Under the pieces are notes generated by a model. It worked only from the letters and a program-made list of their open reading frames with translations. It had not been told where the DNA came from and ran no database searches. From Mobula hypostoma (lineage: Eukaryota): a DNA stretch of 64,000 nt. Position numbers and translations under genes: made by a program. The DNA lies in NCBI RefSeq assembly GCF_963921235.1, contig NC_086110.1:18104001-18168000 (forward strand). The letters run 5' to 3'. This document shows positions 10,871 to 24,236 of this stretch, piece by piece; the stretch's first letter is position 1, and every line of letters begins with the position of its first letter.

Positions 10871-13800
10871 GAGGGAAAAAAAGGAACCAGAGCTGTTACT
10901 AATGAAGTCCCACAAGAACCGGCAAATGGGCTTTTGCTGTTTACAGTGGACTTCGGGCCATGCGGATTTCATGCTGAAATCCAATAGCAAAGCTTGAACC
11001 CCCAACCTCATGACTCACAAGCTGCCAAAATGATTGAAGCAGACACTGACTGAACCAATGCCAAGAAAAAAATAACTTCTACTCACTCGCAAATTAAGCT
11101 TTATGTAACAATGAAACATGAAGGACAGTTTGTATGCTGTACAATAATATCACAATATATATTAAAACATCATAAAAGAACAATTTGCAACCACTTCTGT
11201 GATTTAAAAGAAATACTACATTAATGTATTTGTGAATAAATGAACTTCATTTAGTTTTATGTTGTCTTAATGGTACATTTTATTTTATATTGTGCCAAAT
11301 AGTATGCACCCCCTCCAACATTCTCTGTGGATGTAATAGTTTAGTCTCCAATTGAAAAGCCAGCAAGATTTATGCAGAGAGTCAAAGTGTTTAATTTACA
11401 CTTCACAGCAGACTGATGAAAGTCTCTTACTGTAGCTGAGTTTAAATATTTATAGAATAGTTGAAGTTATACACTGTTAACAATAATCTCTTGTTTAACA
11501 AAATGATTTGTTAAATTATAGCATGTCATGTTTCTGAGAAAATCCTGATTAAGTATTGTCCACCTTTTGGCACCTATGACATCCGGTTACCTGTACACTC
11601 CTTAGCCCTAACTGCATAGTGAACATCACTGACAAAACTCATAGATGACATTGATCGGGATTGAAGCAAGAACCAGCAATAAATATTTTACAGATCTTAA
11701 AGGGGAGGCAGCCACAGACAAGCTCTCTTCATATTAAAAACATACTCAAGGATTACTCTTAAAAGTTTGGCTGTCTTCAGCACTACCTTGAAATGAACAA
11801 GAGACCAACTTCTGAGGATGTAGACTTCAAATGAGAAATTACAAAGCTAGAAATGATTATTCCAGTTTTTTAAAAAAAAACAGTCCATTAGAGAGTGTAT
11901 AATATGAAATTTCATATGGGTAAACTAAAGTAAACCAGTCAGTTTGAATTATTTTTGAGTTTTATTCAAACATTTTAAAATCCAGCTAATTCTGTTTAAA
12001 CGTGAATACAGACACTATGCAGACCTCAACAAGAATAAAAACAAAAGAAGTTAAGTGGGTTGGAATACTTCAACAAAGTGTCAGTTTAGCTCCTCCTGGT
12101 CAACTCAAAAGTCTGGCCACCCACTTCTGGCACATTCTTAATCTCCTACAGCAGCTCTCTTTGAAATTTCAGTGCTGATTACCAAAACATGACATTAATT
12201 CAATACTCAAAAAGGTATCGCACAACTCTGCTCAACCTACAAGGTTCATAGTTTTTATTTTTGGTTTCGTTGATCAAGCCCAGGCACTTTGCAATTAATT
12301 TTCAATAAAATCCCCATTATCACTGAGAATTTGTAGTTAGCACTGTTTCATTCATCACCTCCAGGGAACTGCCACTTTCTACACAAATTTGTAAAAAGAA
12401 GCCAAAAAGAATTAAAGAAATACTTTTCTGTGTGCAGACCTGAATTTGCTGAACTGACAAAGGATGCTGTATATAAAATTGACAAAAATGCGAAGAACCT
12501 GCTAGACCATGACATCCACCCCAGACAACTGTTGGCTGGAACATCAATGACTCAGTGCTTCCTCCCTTTCTTTGCTCACTACCACACTAGAACAAACTTT
12601 GAAAAGCTGTAACTTTGCAATTGTCAAAGTTTGGGGGTGGAAAAATTGCACAGCTAATGCGTAAACCATATTTGCTCACAAAGATACTGAATACAGTGGA
12701 TGTCAGCTGATGAGATTTCTTTTTTTGTTGGTAGTGATGAGGACCTTCGGTTTTGAGGAGATACTACGGTGACTATATTTCAATGCTTATGTGTTGAGGT
12801 GACCATTCTATGCAGTAGACATTAATCCAAACTGGGAATAAAGATAGGCTGGACCAATAAGTTGATGGAAACAAGGGTTTATAAGCAACAGGTGATGAGA
12901 TCAGAAGTCTGCAGGAAGAACAAGATGGGAACAGGCTGAGCGGGGTATACTTAGGGAAAAAAGGAAAAACTGAACAGAGAATGGGAATTACAAAACAAAG
13001 TAACTGTGAGTTGACACATGAATTCCACGTAAAGACTGCAAACTTATGCCAAGGTGTGTTTTAAATCAAACAGAATCAGGGCATTTTCAGGCACAGCAAA
13101 AGTGGACAGAAGCAGTTTTCTGGAGCAGTCTGGCAGCAAGGTATTTCAGTGACCAAGCTTAGCCTATAACCCAGTACCAATGCAGTGTACTTTCTTCAGG
13201 CTAAAGAGAATATTGCACTGGAAACTGCAAGGTCTAAGTCAACAGGACCCCACACACTTACATCACTCCTTTCAACTCCCAAGTGGAGTTGTGAGTACAG
13301 GGTGGCAGAGTTTAAAACACCTGGGACAGATTGCATGAATGAGTAGGAAATTAGTATTAATTCCAAGATAAATCAACTGTGATCACATTGAATGGAAAGA
13401 AATTTAATAGAAAATTTATGGATATAAAATAGAGTAATTGGACCACATCCATTCTGATATATAAGCTACTCATATATAAAGAGGTAATTCAGAGAAGTTT
13501 CTAATGTGAATGGCAAGCAGTTAATATTGATTTTGCTCTCGGGTGTTTATAAAGAAATATCATCTGCCAAAACAGACCTACAGATGATGGGAGTGAAACC
13601 ACATTGCAAATAAGTTTATTACAGTGGACAACTAAAAATATGAATTTACTTTGTCATTTTAGATCACCATGGCCAAAACAAATGGTTCAGCAATACAAAG
13701 TCTCTGTATAAAAACGCAGAAAATAAATGAAATGTTTAAAATACTCCATCTATAGCCAATGCCATTGCAGCGCTGCATTAACTTAGCCATGTACTAGTTT

Positions 13801-14126
13801 TTGTTGAATAAATATATTGATAGTAATTGTTGGTTGGACAAAAGGAGTAACTAATGATGGAGATGTCAAGCTGGCAGAAGAAAAGCCAGAGTAACAAAGT
13901 CAGCAAGGATGAGGAAAATGAAATAAATGTAGAAATTAATCGTATATGAAAAGCGCAAAGGAGATGTGATAGAACAAACCAGATTAACATAAGCAGCTGA
14001 TACAATCTGTACAGTGCACACAGGTAAACCTTGAGGAAGAAAGAGGCCTGCCTAACCTTGTTACCTTTATGTACTCCCATTTGTTTTCCAGCTTTACAAG
14101 GATTCAGGGCTGGTTGAATTCCTTCT

Positions 14127-14400
14127 GCTACGGTAGCATAAAGTTAGCACAGGCTATTACAACTCGGGGTGTGGGAGTTTGGAGTTCAATTCTGGCGCTG
14201 TCTGTAAAGTTTGCAGTTCTTTCCGTGACTGCATGGGTTTCCTCCAGGTGCTCCAGTTTCCTCCCACGTTCCAAAGATGAACCAATTAGAAGGTTAACTG
14301 ACCCTGCGATTAGGCTAGAGTTTAAAAAGGTGGGTGCTGGGCGGCACGGTTGTCTGGGCTGGAAGGGCCTGTTTTGTGCTGTATTTCTAAATAAATAATA
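14127..14400 (+). mobile_element. tRNA-derived V-type SINE
   Basis: B-box gagttcaattct, V-domain gcatgggtttcctccaggtgctccagtttcctcccac, and a CR1-like 3' tail followed by taaataaata. Confidence 0.75.
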
Positions 14401-14850
14401 CACCAATGTCCATGGGTTTCTGAGGTCCTCCAGCAGTTCAGATGGGTCTCTCAGACCTGAGAAAATGCTCATTCAGCCTCAGATGAAGCACAAAGTTGGA
14501 GAAATCAAATATGGAACAGTTTAATTTGACTACTGCATCTGATGAATTTCTTGTTGAACTTCTACTTTACCACAAACTTTATACTGTCATAATCTATCAC
14601 ATTAAGAGACTTTGGACATTTTGCATTTAACACTATTTTGTCCAAGTTGAAGGATTATGATTTAAGGTCAACTAGGCAGGCTCCTGAATTGGGTAGGTTG
14701 ATTCCACTACAGGATAACAGCCAAAAATTTGCATCCATGTCCACTATTTAAAAAAATTAAAATGGTGCATTCATACAATACCAATTTATTTTAAAATATG
14801 TAGCAAGAATATACCTGTAGAGTTAATACATTGAATTTGTCTACATTGTG

Positions 14851-15045
14851 ATAAGACCATCAGACATAGAAGCAGAATTAGGCCATTTGGCCCATCGAGT
14901 CCGCTCTGTCATTCAATCACGGCTGATCCTTTTGTTTTCTCCTCCTCAACCCCAGTCCCCGGCCTTCTTCCCGTAACCTTTGATGCCATGTCCAATCAAG
15001 AACCTATCAATCTCTGCCTTAAATACACCCAACATCAAGGCCTCA
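14851..15045 (-). mobile_element. CR1 3' end fragment
   Basis: Reverse complement of the CR1 3' UTR (gatgggccaaatggcctaattctgcttctatgtctgatggtcttat). Confidence 0.7.
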
Positions 15046-16585
15046 TGTAATTAACATGGACTAATTGACACTGAAATACAATTGTACGCAGGGGTGCTCT
15101 TAAAATAAGGTTTTAACTATTTACTTCAAATAAAAATAGTGCAGCAATCATGAACGACCGCTTTACCTGACAGGAAAACCAGATTTTAAAAAAATCCAAG
15201 GAATGTCAGGAAGTAATGACTCAAAAATCTAATCTAATTTAATCTAACAATTAAATTATGAGCTGGAGTCACTTACTGGACAATCCTTGTCATAAGACAA
15301 ACAGTTTAATATGATTTGCATTCTTGTAATGGACTGGGAATAAGTCAAGTGACCTGAATTTAAGAAGAGCTGCTGTGTGCTTGTTGGGGGTGGGTGTGGG
15401 GGTGGGGGATGGGGTGGCAAACATCAGGTATAAGCTGCATAAAACACTTTGGCAGGGGTTTGAAAGAAAGAACAAAACGGACTTTCCAGGGTCCTGTCTG
15501 GGATGTCTCCTGCTTATAAATGAAGATATGTGTTTTGAGTCTGAGGTACATCTGGGAAAGATGTACAAGGAGAGGAGGAAGCAATTAGTTTCATAAAGAG
15601 CATAAAGACTCACAGAAAGAAACAGTGGACAGAGAAAAATGGTGGATGAAATCAACATGGCTAAGGCCATGTTACAGCACAGATGATAGAAGAACAACCA
15701 CAGGTATTCTATGAATGCTTTAAAGCAAATAAATATGAAATGCCACAACATAGAAAAGAGCAGTGGGAGGCCATTTAACCTTCAAGTAAATTCTGGTTTC
15801 AAACAGAATACAGTTGATTTGACAAGTGGGTTCAATTCTATCTTCCTGCCAGATCTCCAGAACTCTGGCTTCATCTGCCATCCAAAAATCTAATTCGGCC
15901 CTGGATGTAGTTTTACAATTCCAAAGATTCACAATCTTCTCAAAGAAGAAATTCCTTCTCAACTTAGACTGAAGTGGCTAACCTCTTATCTCATGTTATG
16001 GCTCTGATTTCTCGACTAACCGTCAAGGGAAACATCTTCGTAACATCTGTCCTGTCAATTCCTACTCAAAATCTTAAATTTAAGTCAATTTATAAAGGCT
16101 CAACATTTATCTATCCAGATATAATGGAGAAGCAAGCCAAAAAGGCATTGAGAATCGCTTTGCTAACTTAACAGAGTACATCTGGCACTCAGATCAGAGC
16201 TGGTTATGGCATTGAGGCTTTGACAAAGAAATATTGCACAATAAGCAGAGACTGGCCTCCATTAAAACAGAAATGAACGTTGAGCACAGATGACAAAACT
16301 TTAAAAGGTGAGCAAAAAAGGGACTTAATAAATACAAGCAAAATAATGAATGAGGTAAAAAGTGCAGACAATTTGAGACTGATAATGTGATTTGTGGCCT
16401 CCGTAGTACAAGAAATTGGAGAATCAATACACTGTATAAGATGTAGGCTTTATTTTGGGAGAATGAGGAGTTGAGGCAATATAGTGGTTCCTTATTCACT
16501 TATTTATCAGGAGAAACAATATTAAACCTTGAAGACAAATATTGGCTCCAACAGTTGAATAAGATTTGCATCGAGTCAAGGCAAA

Positions 16586-17140
16586 TACACTTTATTAGGT
16601 ACCTCCTGTAGTTAATAAAAGGCCACTGAGTCTACGTGAGTGGTCTTCTGCTGCTGCAGTTCACTCACTTCAAAGTTTAACTTGTGTGTTCAGAAGTGCT
16701 CTCCTGTACTGTGCTATTGTAATGTGTCGTTATTTGAGTTACTGTTGCCTTCCTGACAGCTTACACCAGTCTGGCCATTCTCTTCTGATCTCTCCCATGA
16801 ACAAGGCATTTTCACTCTCAGAGTTGATGCCCACTGGATGTTTTTGTTCCTCACACGGTCATTGTAAATTCCAGTGACTGCTGTACATAAAAATCCCAGG
16901 AGATCAGCAGCTGCTGAGATACTCAAACCACCCCATCTGGCACCAACAATCACTGAATGGTCAAAGTCACTTAAGTCACATTTCTTCCCCAATCTGATGT
17001 TTGGTCTGAAGAAAAACTGAACATTTTGACCATTTCTTCATACTTTTATGAATTGAGTTGGTGCCACATGATTGGATGATTAGTTGGTTGCATTAACAAG
17101 GTGTACAGGGGTATCTAATAACATGGCCACTGACTGTATA
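16586..17140 (-). mobile_element. Non-autonomous Tc1 deletion derivative
   Basis: Encodes the transposase N-terminus MGKKCDLSDFDHSVIVGAR.GLSISAAADLLGF. Inverted ends cactttattaggtacc / ggtatctaataacatggccactgactgTA. Confidence 0.8.
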
Positions 17141-17351
17141 TTCTAGAGCTAGCTAAGGACTACAGGGGGTGGGGTAAAGATTTTTTCATATGAGATTTGG
17201 ATGTAATGAGAGATAAAGGAAGAGGTTTTTCAAAATGAACATTCTACAACATTAACATAATAATGGAATTGTTCAAAAAATTGATCAAATATCTTTTATT
17301 GTCTCCAAGCGAAAAAAGCATGACAAATTGAGAAAAACAGTGCCCAACAGC

Positions 17352-20300
17352 GTGGGGTTGAGGTGCTGTGTGTGTACCTGTCTCCCTGGTCAGTGTGGGG
17401 ATGAATACTGTTTTGTGTACCTGTCTCCCTGGTCAGTGTGGGGATGAATACTGTTTTGTGTATCTGCCTCCCTGGTCAGTGTGGGGATGACGTACTGTTT
17501 TGTGTACCTGTCTCCCTGGTCAGTGTGGGGATGAGGTAGTGTTTTGGGTACCTGTCTCCCTGGTCAGTGTGGGGATGACGTACTGTTTTGTGTATCTGCC
17601 TCCCTGGTCAGTGGGGATGAGGAATTGTTTTGTGTACCTGTCTCCCTGGTCAGTGTGGGGATGAATACTGTTTTGTGTACCTGTCTCCCTGGTCAGTGTG
17701 GGGATGAGGTACTGTTTTGTGTATCTGCCTCCCTGGTCAGTGTGGGGATGAATACTGTTTTGTGTATCTGCCTCCCTGGTCAGTGTGGGGATGAGGTAGT
17801 GTTTTGTGTACCTGTCTCCCTGGTCAGTGGGGATGAGGAATTGTTTTCTGTACCTGTCTCCCTGGTCAGTGGGGATGAGGTACTGTTTTGTGTACCTGTC
17901 TCCCTGGTCAGTGTGGGGATGAGGTAGTGTTTTGTGTACCTGTCTCCCTGGTCAGTGTGGGGATGAATACTGTTTTGTGTACCTGTCTCCCTGGTCAGTG
18001 TGGGGATGAATACTGTTTTGTGTATCTGCCTCCCTGGTCAGTGTGGGGATGAATACTGTTTTGTGTATCTGCCTCCCTGGTCAGTGGGGATGACGTACTG
18101 TTTTGTGTTCCTGTCTCCCTGGTCAGTGGGGATGAGGAATTGTTTTGTGTACCTGTCTCCCTGGTCAGTGTTGGGATGAATACTGTTTTGTGTACCTGTT
18201 TCCCTGGTCAGTGTGGGGATGAATACTGTTTTGTGTACCTGTCTCCCTGGTCAGTGGGGATGACGTACCGTTTTGTGTACCTGTCTCCCTGGTCAGTGTG
18301 GGGATGAATACTGTTTTGTGTACCTGTCTCCCTGGTCAGTGTGGGGATGAGGTAGTGTTTTATGTACCTGTCTCCCTGGTCAGTGGGGATGAGGAATTGT
18401 TTTCTGTACCTGTCTCCCTGGTCAGTGGGGATGAGGTACTGTTTTGTGTACCTGTCTCCCTGGTCAGTGTGGGGATGAGGTACTGTTTTGTGTACCTGTC
18501 TCCCTGGTCAGTGTGGGGATGAGGTAGTGTTTTGTGTACCTGTCTCCCTGGTCAGTGGGGATGAGGAATTGCTTTGTGTACCTGTCTCCCTGGTCAGTGG
18601 GGATGAGGTACTGTTTTGTGTACCTGTCTCCCTGCTCAGTGTGGGGATGAGGTACTGTTTTGTGTACCTGTCTCCCTGGTCAGTGGGGATGGGGAATTGT
18701 TTTGTGTACCTGTCTCCCTGGTCAGTGGGGATGAGGTACTGTTTTGTGTACCTGTCTCCCTGGTCAGTGTGGGGATGAGGTACTGTTTTGTGTACCTGTC
18801 TCCCTGGTGTGTGGGGATGAGGAATTGTTTTGTGTACCTGTCTCCCTGGTCAGTGTGGGGATGAGGTAGTGTTTTGTGTACCTGTCTCCCTGGTCAGTGG
18901 GGATGAGGAATTGCTTTCTGTACCTGTCTCCCTGGTCAGTGGGGATGAGGTAGTGTTTTGTGTACCTGTCTCCCTGGTCAGTGTGGGGATGAGGTAGTGT
19001 TTTGTGTACCTGTCTCCCTGGTGTGTGGGGATGGGGAATTGTTTTGTGTACCTGTCTCCCTGGTCAGTGTGGGAATGAGGTAGTGTTTTGTGTACCTGTC
19101 TCCCTGTTTGTTGGGGATGAGGTACTGTTTTGTGTACCTGTCTCCCTGGTCAGTGTGGGGATGAGGTAGTGTTTTGTGTACCTGTCTCCCTGGTCAGTGG
19201 GGATGAGGAATTGTTTTCTGTACCTGTCTCCCTGGTCAGTGGGGATGAGGTAGTGTTTTGTGTACCTGTCTCCCTGGTCAGTGTGGGGATGAGGTAGTGT
19301 TTTGTGTACCTGTCTCCCTGGTCAGTGGGGATGAGGTAGTGTTTTGTGTACCTGTCTCCCTGGTCAGTGTGGGGATGGGGAATTGTTTTGTGTACCTGTC
19401 TCCCTGGTCAGTGGGGATGAGGTAGTGTTTTGTGTACCTGTCTCCCTGGTCAGTGGGGATGAGGTAGTGTTTTGTGTACCTGTCTCCCTGGTCAGTGGGG
19501 ATGAGGAATTGTTTTCTGTACCTGTCTCCCTGGTCAGTGGGGATGGGGAATTGTTTTGTGTACCTGTCTCCCTGGTCAGTGTGGGGATGAGGTAGTGTTT
19601 TGTGTACCTGTCTCCCTGGTCAGTGGGGATGAGGTAGTGTTTTGTGTACCTGTCTCCCTGGTCAGTGGGGATGAGGTAGTGTTTTGTGTACCTGTCTCCC
19701 TGGTCAGTGGGGATGAGGAATTGTTTTCTGTACCTGTCTCCCTGGTCAGTGGGGATGGGGAATTGTTTTGTGTACCTGTCTCCCTGTTTGTTGGGGATGA
19801 GGTACTGTTTTGTGTACCTGTCTCCCTGGTCAGTGTGGGGATGAGGTAGTGTTTTGTGTACCTGTCTCCCTGGTCAGCGTGGGGATGAGGTAGTGTTTTG
19901 TGTACCTGTCTCCCTGGTCAGTGGGGATGAGGAATTGTTTTGTGTACCTGTCTCCCTGGTCAGTGTGGGGATGAGGTAGTGTTTTGTGTACCTGTCTCCC
20001 TGGTCAGTGGGGATGAGGTAGTGTTTTGTGTACCTGTCTCCCTGGTCAGTGGGGATGAGGTAGTGTTTTGTGTACTTGTCTCCCTGGTCAGTGGGGATGA
20101 GGAATTGTTTTGTGTACCTGTCTCCCTGGTCAGTGTGGGGATGAGGTAGTGTTTTGTGTACCTGTCTCCCTGGTCAGTGTGGGGATGAGGTAGTGTTTTC
20201 TGTACCTGTCTCCCTGTTTGTTGGGGATGAGGTACTGTTTTGTGTACCTGTCTCCCTGGTCAATTGGGATGAGGAATCGTTTTGTGTACCTGTCTCCCTG

Positions 20301-22747
20301 GTCAGTGGGGATGAGGAATTGTTTTCTGTACCTGTCTCCCTGGTCAGTGGGGATGAGGTACTGTTTTGTGTACCTGTCTCCCTGGTCAGTGTGGGGATGA
20401 GGTACTGTTTTGTGTACCTGTCTCCCTGGTCAGTGTGGGGATGAGGTAGTGTTTTGTGTACCTGTCTCCCTGGTCAGTGGGGATGAGGAATTGCTTTGTG
20501 TACCTGTCTCCCTGGTCAGTGGGGATGAGGTACTGTTTTGTGTACCTGTCTCCCTGCTCAGTGTGGGGATGAGGTACTGTTTTGTGTACCTGTCTCCCTG
20601 GTCAGTGGGGATGGGGAATTGTTTTGTGTACCTGTCTCCCTGGTCAGTGGGGATGAGGTACTGTTTTGTGTACCTGTCTCCCTGGTCAGTGTGGGGATGA
20701 GGTACTGTTTTGTGTACCTGTCTCCCTGGTGTGTGGGGATGAGGAATTGTTTTGTGTACCTGTCTCCCTGGTCAGTGTGGGGATGAGGTAGTGTTTTGTG
20801 TACCTGTCTCCCTGGTCAGTGGGGATGAGGAATTGCTTTCTGTACCTGTCTCCCTGGTCAGTGGGGATGAGGTAGTGTTTTGTGTACCTGTCTCCCTGGT
20901 CAGTGTGGGGATGAGGTAGTGTTTTGTGTACCTGTCTCCCTGGTGTGTGGGGATGGGGAATTGTTTTGTGTACCTGTCTCCCTGGTCAGTGTGGGAATGA
21001 GGTAGTGTTTTGTGTACCTGTCTCCCTGTTTGTTGGGGATGAGGTACTGTTTTGTGTACCTGTCTCCCTGGTCAGTGTGGGGATGAGGTAGTGTTTTGTG
21101 TACCTGTCTCCCTGGTCAGTGGGGATGAGGAATTGTTTTCTGTACCTGTCTCCCTGGTCAGTGGGGATGAGGTAGTGTTTTGTGTACCTGTCTCCCTGGT
21201 CAGTGTGGGGATGAGGTAGTGTTTTGTGTACCTGTCTCCCTGGTCAGTGGGGATGAGGTAGTGTTTTGTGTACCTGTCTCCCTGGTCAGTGTGGGGATGG
21301 GGAATTGTTTTGTGTACCTGTCTCCCTGGTCAGTGGGGATGAGGTAGTGTTTTGTGTACCTGTCTCCCTGGTCAGTGGGGATGAGGTAGTGTTTTGTGTA
21401 CCTGTCTCCCTGGTCAGTGGGGATGAGGAATTGTTTTCTGTACCTGTCTCCCTGGTCAGTGGGGATGGGGAATTGTTTTGTGTACCTGTCTCCCTGGTCA
21501 GTGTGGGGATGAGGTAGTGTTTTGTGTACCTGTCTCCCTGGTCAGTGGGGATGAGGTAGTGTTTTGTGTACCTGTCTCCCTGGTCAGTGGGGATGAGGTA
21601 GTGTTTTGTGTACCTGTCTCCCTGGTCAGTGGGGATGAGGAATTGTTTTCTGTACCTGTCTCCCTGGTCAGTGGGGATGGGGAATTGTTTTGTGTACCTG
21701 TCTCCCTGTTTGTTGGGGATGAGGTACTGTTTTGTGTACCTGTCTCCCTGGTCAGTGTGGGGATGAGGTAGTGTTTTGTGTACCTGTCTCCCTGGTCAGC
21801 GTGGGGATGAGGTAGTGTTTTGTGTACCTGTCTCCCTGGTCAGTGGGGATGAGGAATTGTTTTGTGTACCTGTCTCCCTGGTCAGTGTGGGGATGAGGTA
21901 GTGTTTTGTGTACCTGTCTCCCTGGTCAGTGGGGATGAGGTAGTGTTTTGTGTACCTGTCTCCCTGGTCAGTGGGGATGAGGTAGTGTTTTGTGTACTTG
22001 TCTCCCTGGTCAGTGGGGATGAGGAATTGTTTTGTGTACCTGTCTCCCTGGTCAGTGTGGGGATGAGGTAGTGTTTTGTGTACCTGTCTCCCTGGTCAGT
22101 GTGGGGATGAGGTAGTGTTTTCTGTACCTGTCTCCCTGTTTGTTGGGGATGAGGTACTGTTTTGTGTACCTGTCTCCCTGGTCAATTGGGATGAGGAATC
22201 GTTTTGTGTACCTGTCTCCCTGGTCAGTGGGGATGAGGTAGTGTTTTTTGTACCTGTCTCCCTGTTTGTTGGGGATGAGGTAGTGTTTTGTGTACCTGTC
22301 TCCCTGGTCAGTGGGGATGAGGTAGTGTTTTGTGTACCTGTCTCCCTGGTCAGTGGGGATGAGGTAGTGTTTTGTGTACTTGTCTCCCTGGTCAGTGGGG
22401 ATGAGGAATTGTTTTGTGTACCTGTCTCCCTGGTCAGTGTGGGGATGAGGTAGTGTTTTGTGTACCTGTCTCCCTGGTCAGTGTGGGGATGAGGTAGTGT
22501 TTTCTGTACCTGTCTCCCTGTTTGTTGGGGATGAGGTACTGTTTTGTGTACCTGTCTCCCTGGTCAATTGGGATGAGGAATCGTTTTGTGTACCTGTCTC
22601 CCTGGTCAGTGGGGATGAGGTAGTGTTTTTTGTACCTGTCTCCCTGTTTGTTGGGGATGAGGTAGTGTTTTGTGTACCTGTCTCTCTGGTCAGTGGGGAT
22701 GAGGAATTGTTTTGTGTACCTCTCTCCCTGGTCAGTGTGGGGATGAA
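17352..22747. repeat. Minisatellite, ~127 units of 42-44 bp, with a 1922-bp higher-order duplication
   Basis: Consensus TGTACCTGTCTCCCTGGTCAGT(GT)GGGGATGAGGTAGTGTTTTG. Identical ORFs recur at +1922 (18488/20410, 19344/21266, 19556/21478, 19940/21862). Confidence 0.97.
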
Positions 22748-24236
22748 GTGCAGAAGGATTTGCTTCAGTGCTGTATTATTCTATGACTCAATGTTAAATA
22801 TTGCTGATTGGAACATTTCCAAATTTTAATAAGAACAATGAAAGAATGCAAGGTGAATGAGGGAGAAAAGCCATTTACTGTAGTAAAATACAGAATCTGA
22901 AACAAATCAATGAAACCGAGGGTATTTTTAGTCAAAAGATTTTTGACAGTTTACAGAGAACATGATGTACCAGATAGCCAAATTATTGAACAAGCATCAC
23001 AAGTAGACAGGGCCATAAATGAATAATCTGTTTTGCATCTTAAGGCAGAGAATACAAGAGCAGGCTAATAATGATGTTAGAAAACACTTAACCGGAAACC
23101 AGAGTCGTGCCTAGAGCTTTGTATAATGTTAAGCTATCCATTATTGGGAAAACACAAAAACAAAAGATGAGTAGCAGTACAGATGAACAAGAAGAGGGAC
23201 TTAAGGCATTGAAGAAAATCTCACTGGACTCCAGAAGCTATGAAGATCGCAGAAACTAATTATGGAAATATGTAAAATATATCATTAATGCACCTGGTTA
23301 GACCGCACTCCTGCATTAAACTGCAAAGTGCCTTTCTGTTAAAAGGTAATTGAAAAGCCACTTAAGAGAAATATAGAAGAATGAAGCAATCTGGTTGGAG
23401 AGTAGCTTTAGATCAAATGGGTCATGTTGAGAAAATTACGAACACAGACACGATGGAAGAAATGACCATGCACTGTATTGTCAAGCTCTTTGAAGTGGCT
23501 TAGTGGAGTGAATGCAGGAATCTAGCATGAAGTCTTGGATCAGCCATTTGACAAGCATAGACTGCTCCAAGCCCAATCAGTCTCTTCAAACTTGTATATT
23601 TTGAATACTTTCAAGGATGTAATCATCTTTTTCTGTTCGTGACAAAAAAAATTATCTAGCTCTTGGTTCAAAATACACTAAGTTTGTGTTCTTAAATTAC
23701 GTGCTGTTTATACCAAAAACAAAGTGTAAATAATTTTCTGGCCAGTAATGTTCAGACTTGCACTGCAGCCAATTATGAGTCATATTTCCTACATGAATAT
23801 TTTGTGCCCAGTTCTACTCAATATTAAAAATTCTAGAAAAACTGCAGTACAAAATTATTAGAGAACCTGAGCCTTTTCAATCATTAATTCATGGACTGGG
23901 TCTCAATTATGGAGTTTATTGTGTAATAAACGAGACAGACTATCATTTTACACATTTGGTGCTTCTCAGGGAGTGGAAAATATTTTAGTCCCGTGTCAAA
24001 TTGTAATGTTGCTTAAAAAGTAATTTGTTTTGCCAGTCATCCTGAAAGACTGGGCAATGATTATTTCAGCAACATAAAACTTGGAAAAGCTGCAATTCAT
24101 CTTTCATCCATACTGTGTTCGACAAACTCAGCCAGGGTACTTACAGTGCTTACTATTAGTCCCCAATTCAGATGGGGTGGTGGTGAGGGGAGGGAGGGAA
24201 GGAATCGTTTCTGGACAAGTATATGTTAATTTATAA

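Noticed and set aside
17352-22747. CRISPR-like array or repetitive protein ORFs (CVPVSLVSGDE...)
   Set aside because: The variable slot is only ~9 nt and recurs, there are no cas genes and the context is a vertebrate intron. The ORFs are stop-free repeat translations broken by the 42/44-bp length variation.
17352-22747. Units as let-7 precursor genes on the + strand
   Set aside because: Only about 15 of 22 nt match mature let-7, and I see no complementary star arm to form a pre-miRNA hairpin.
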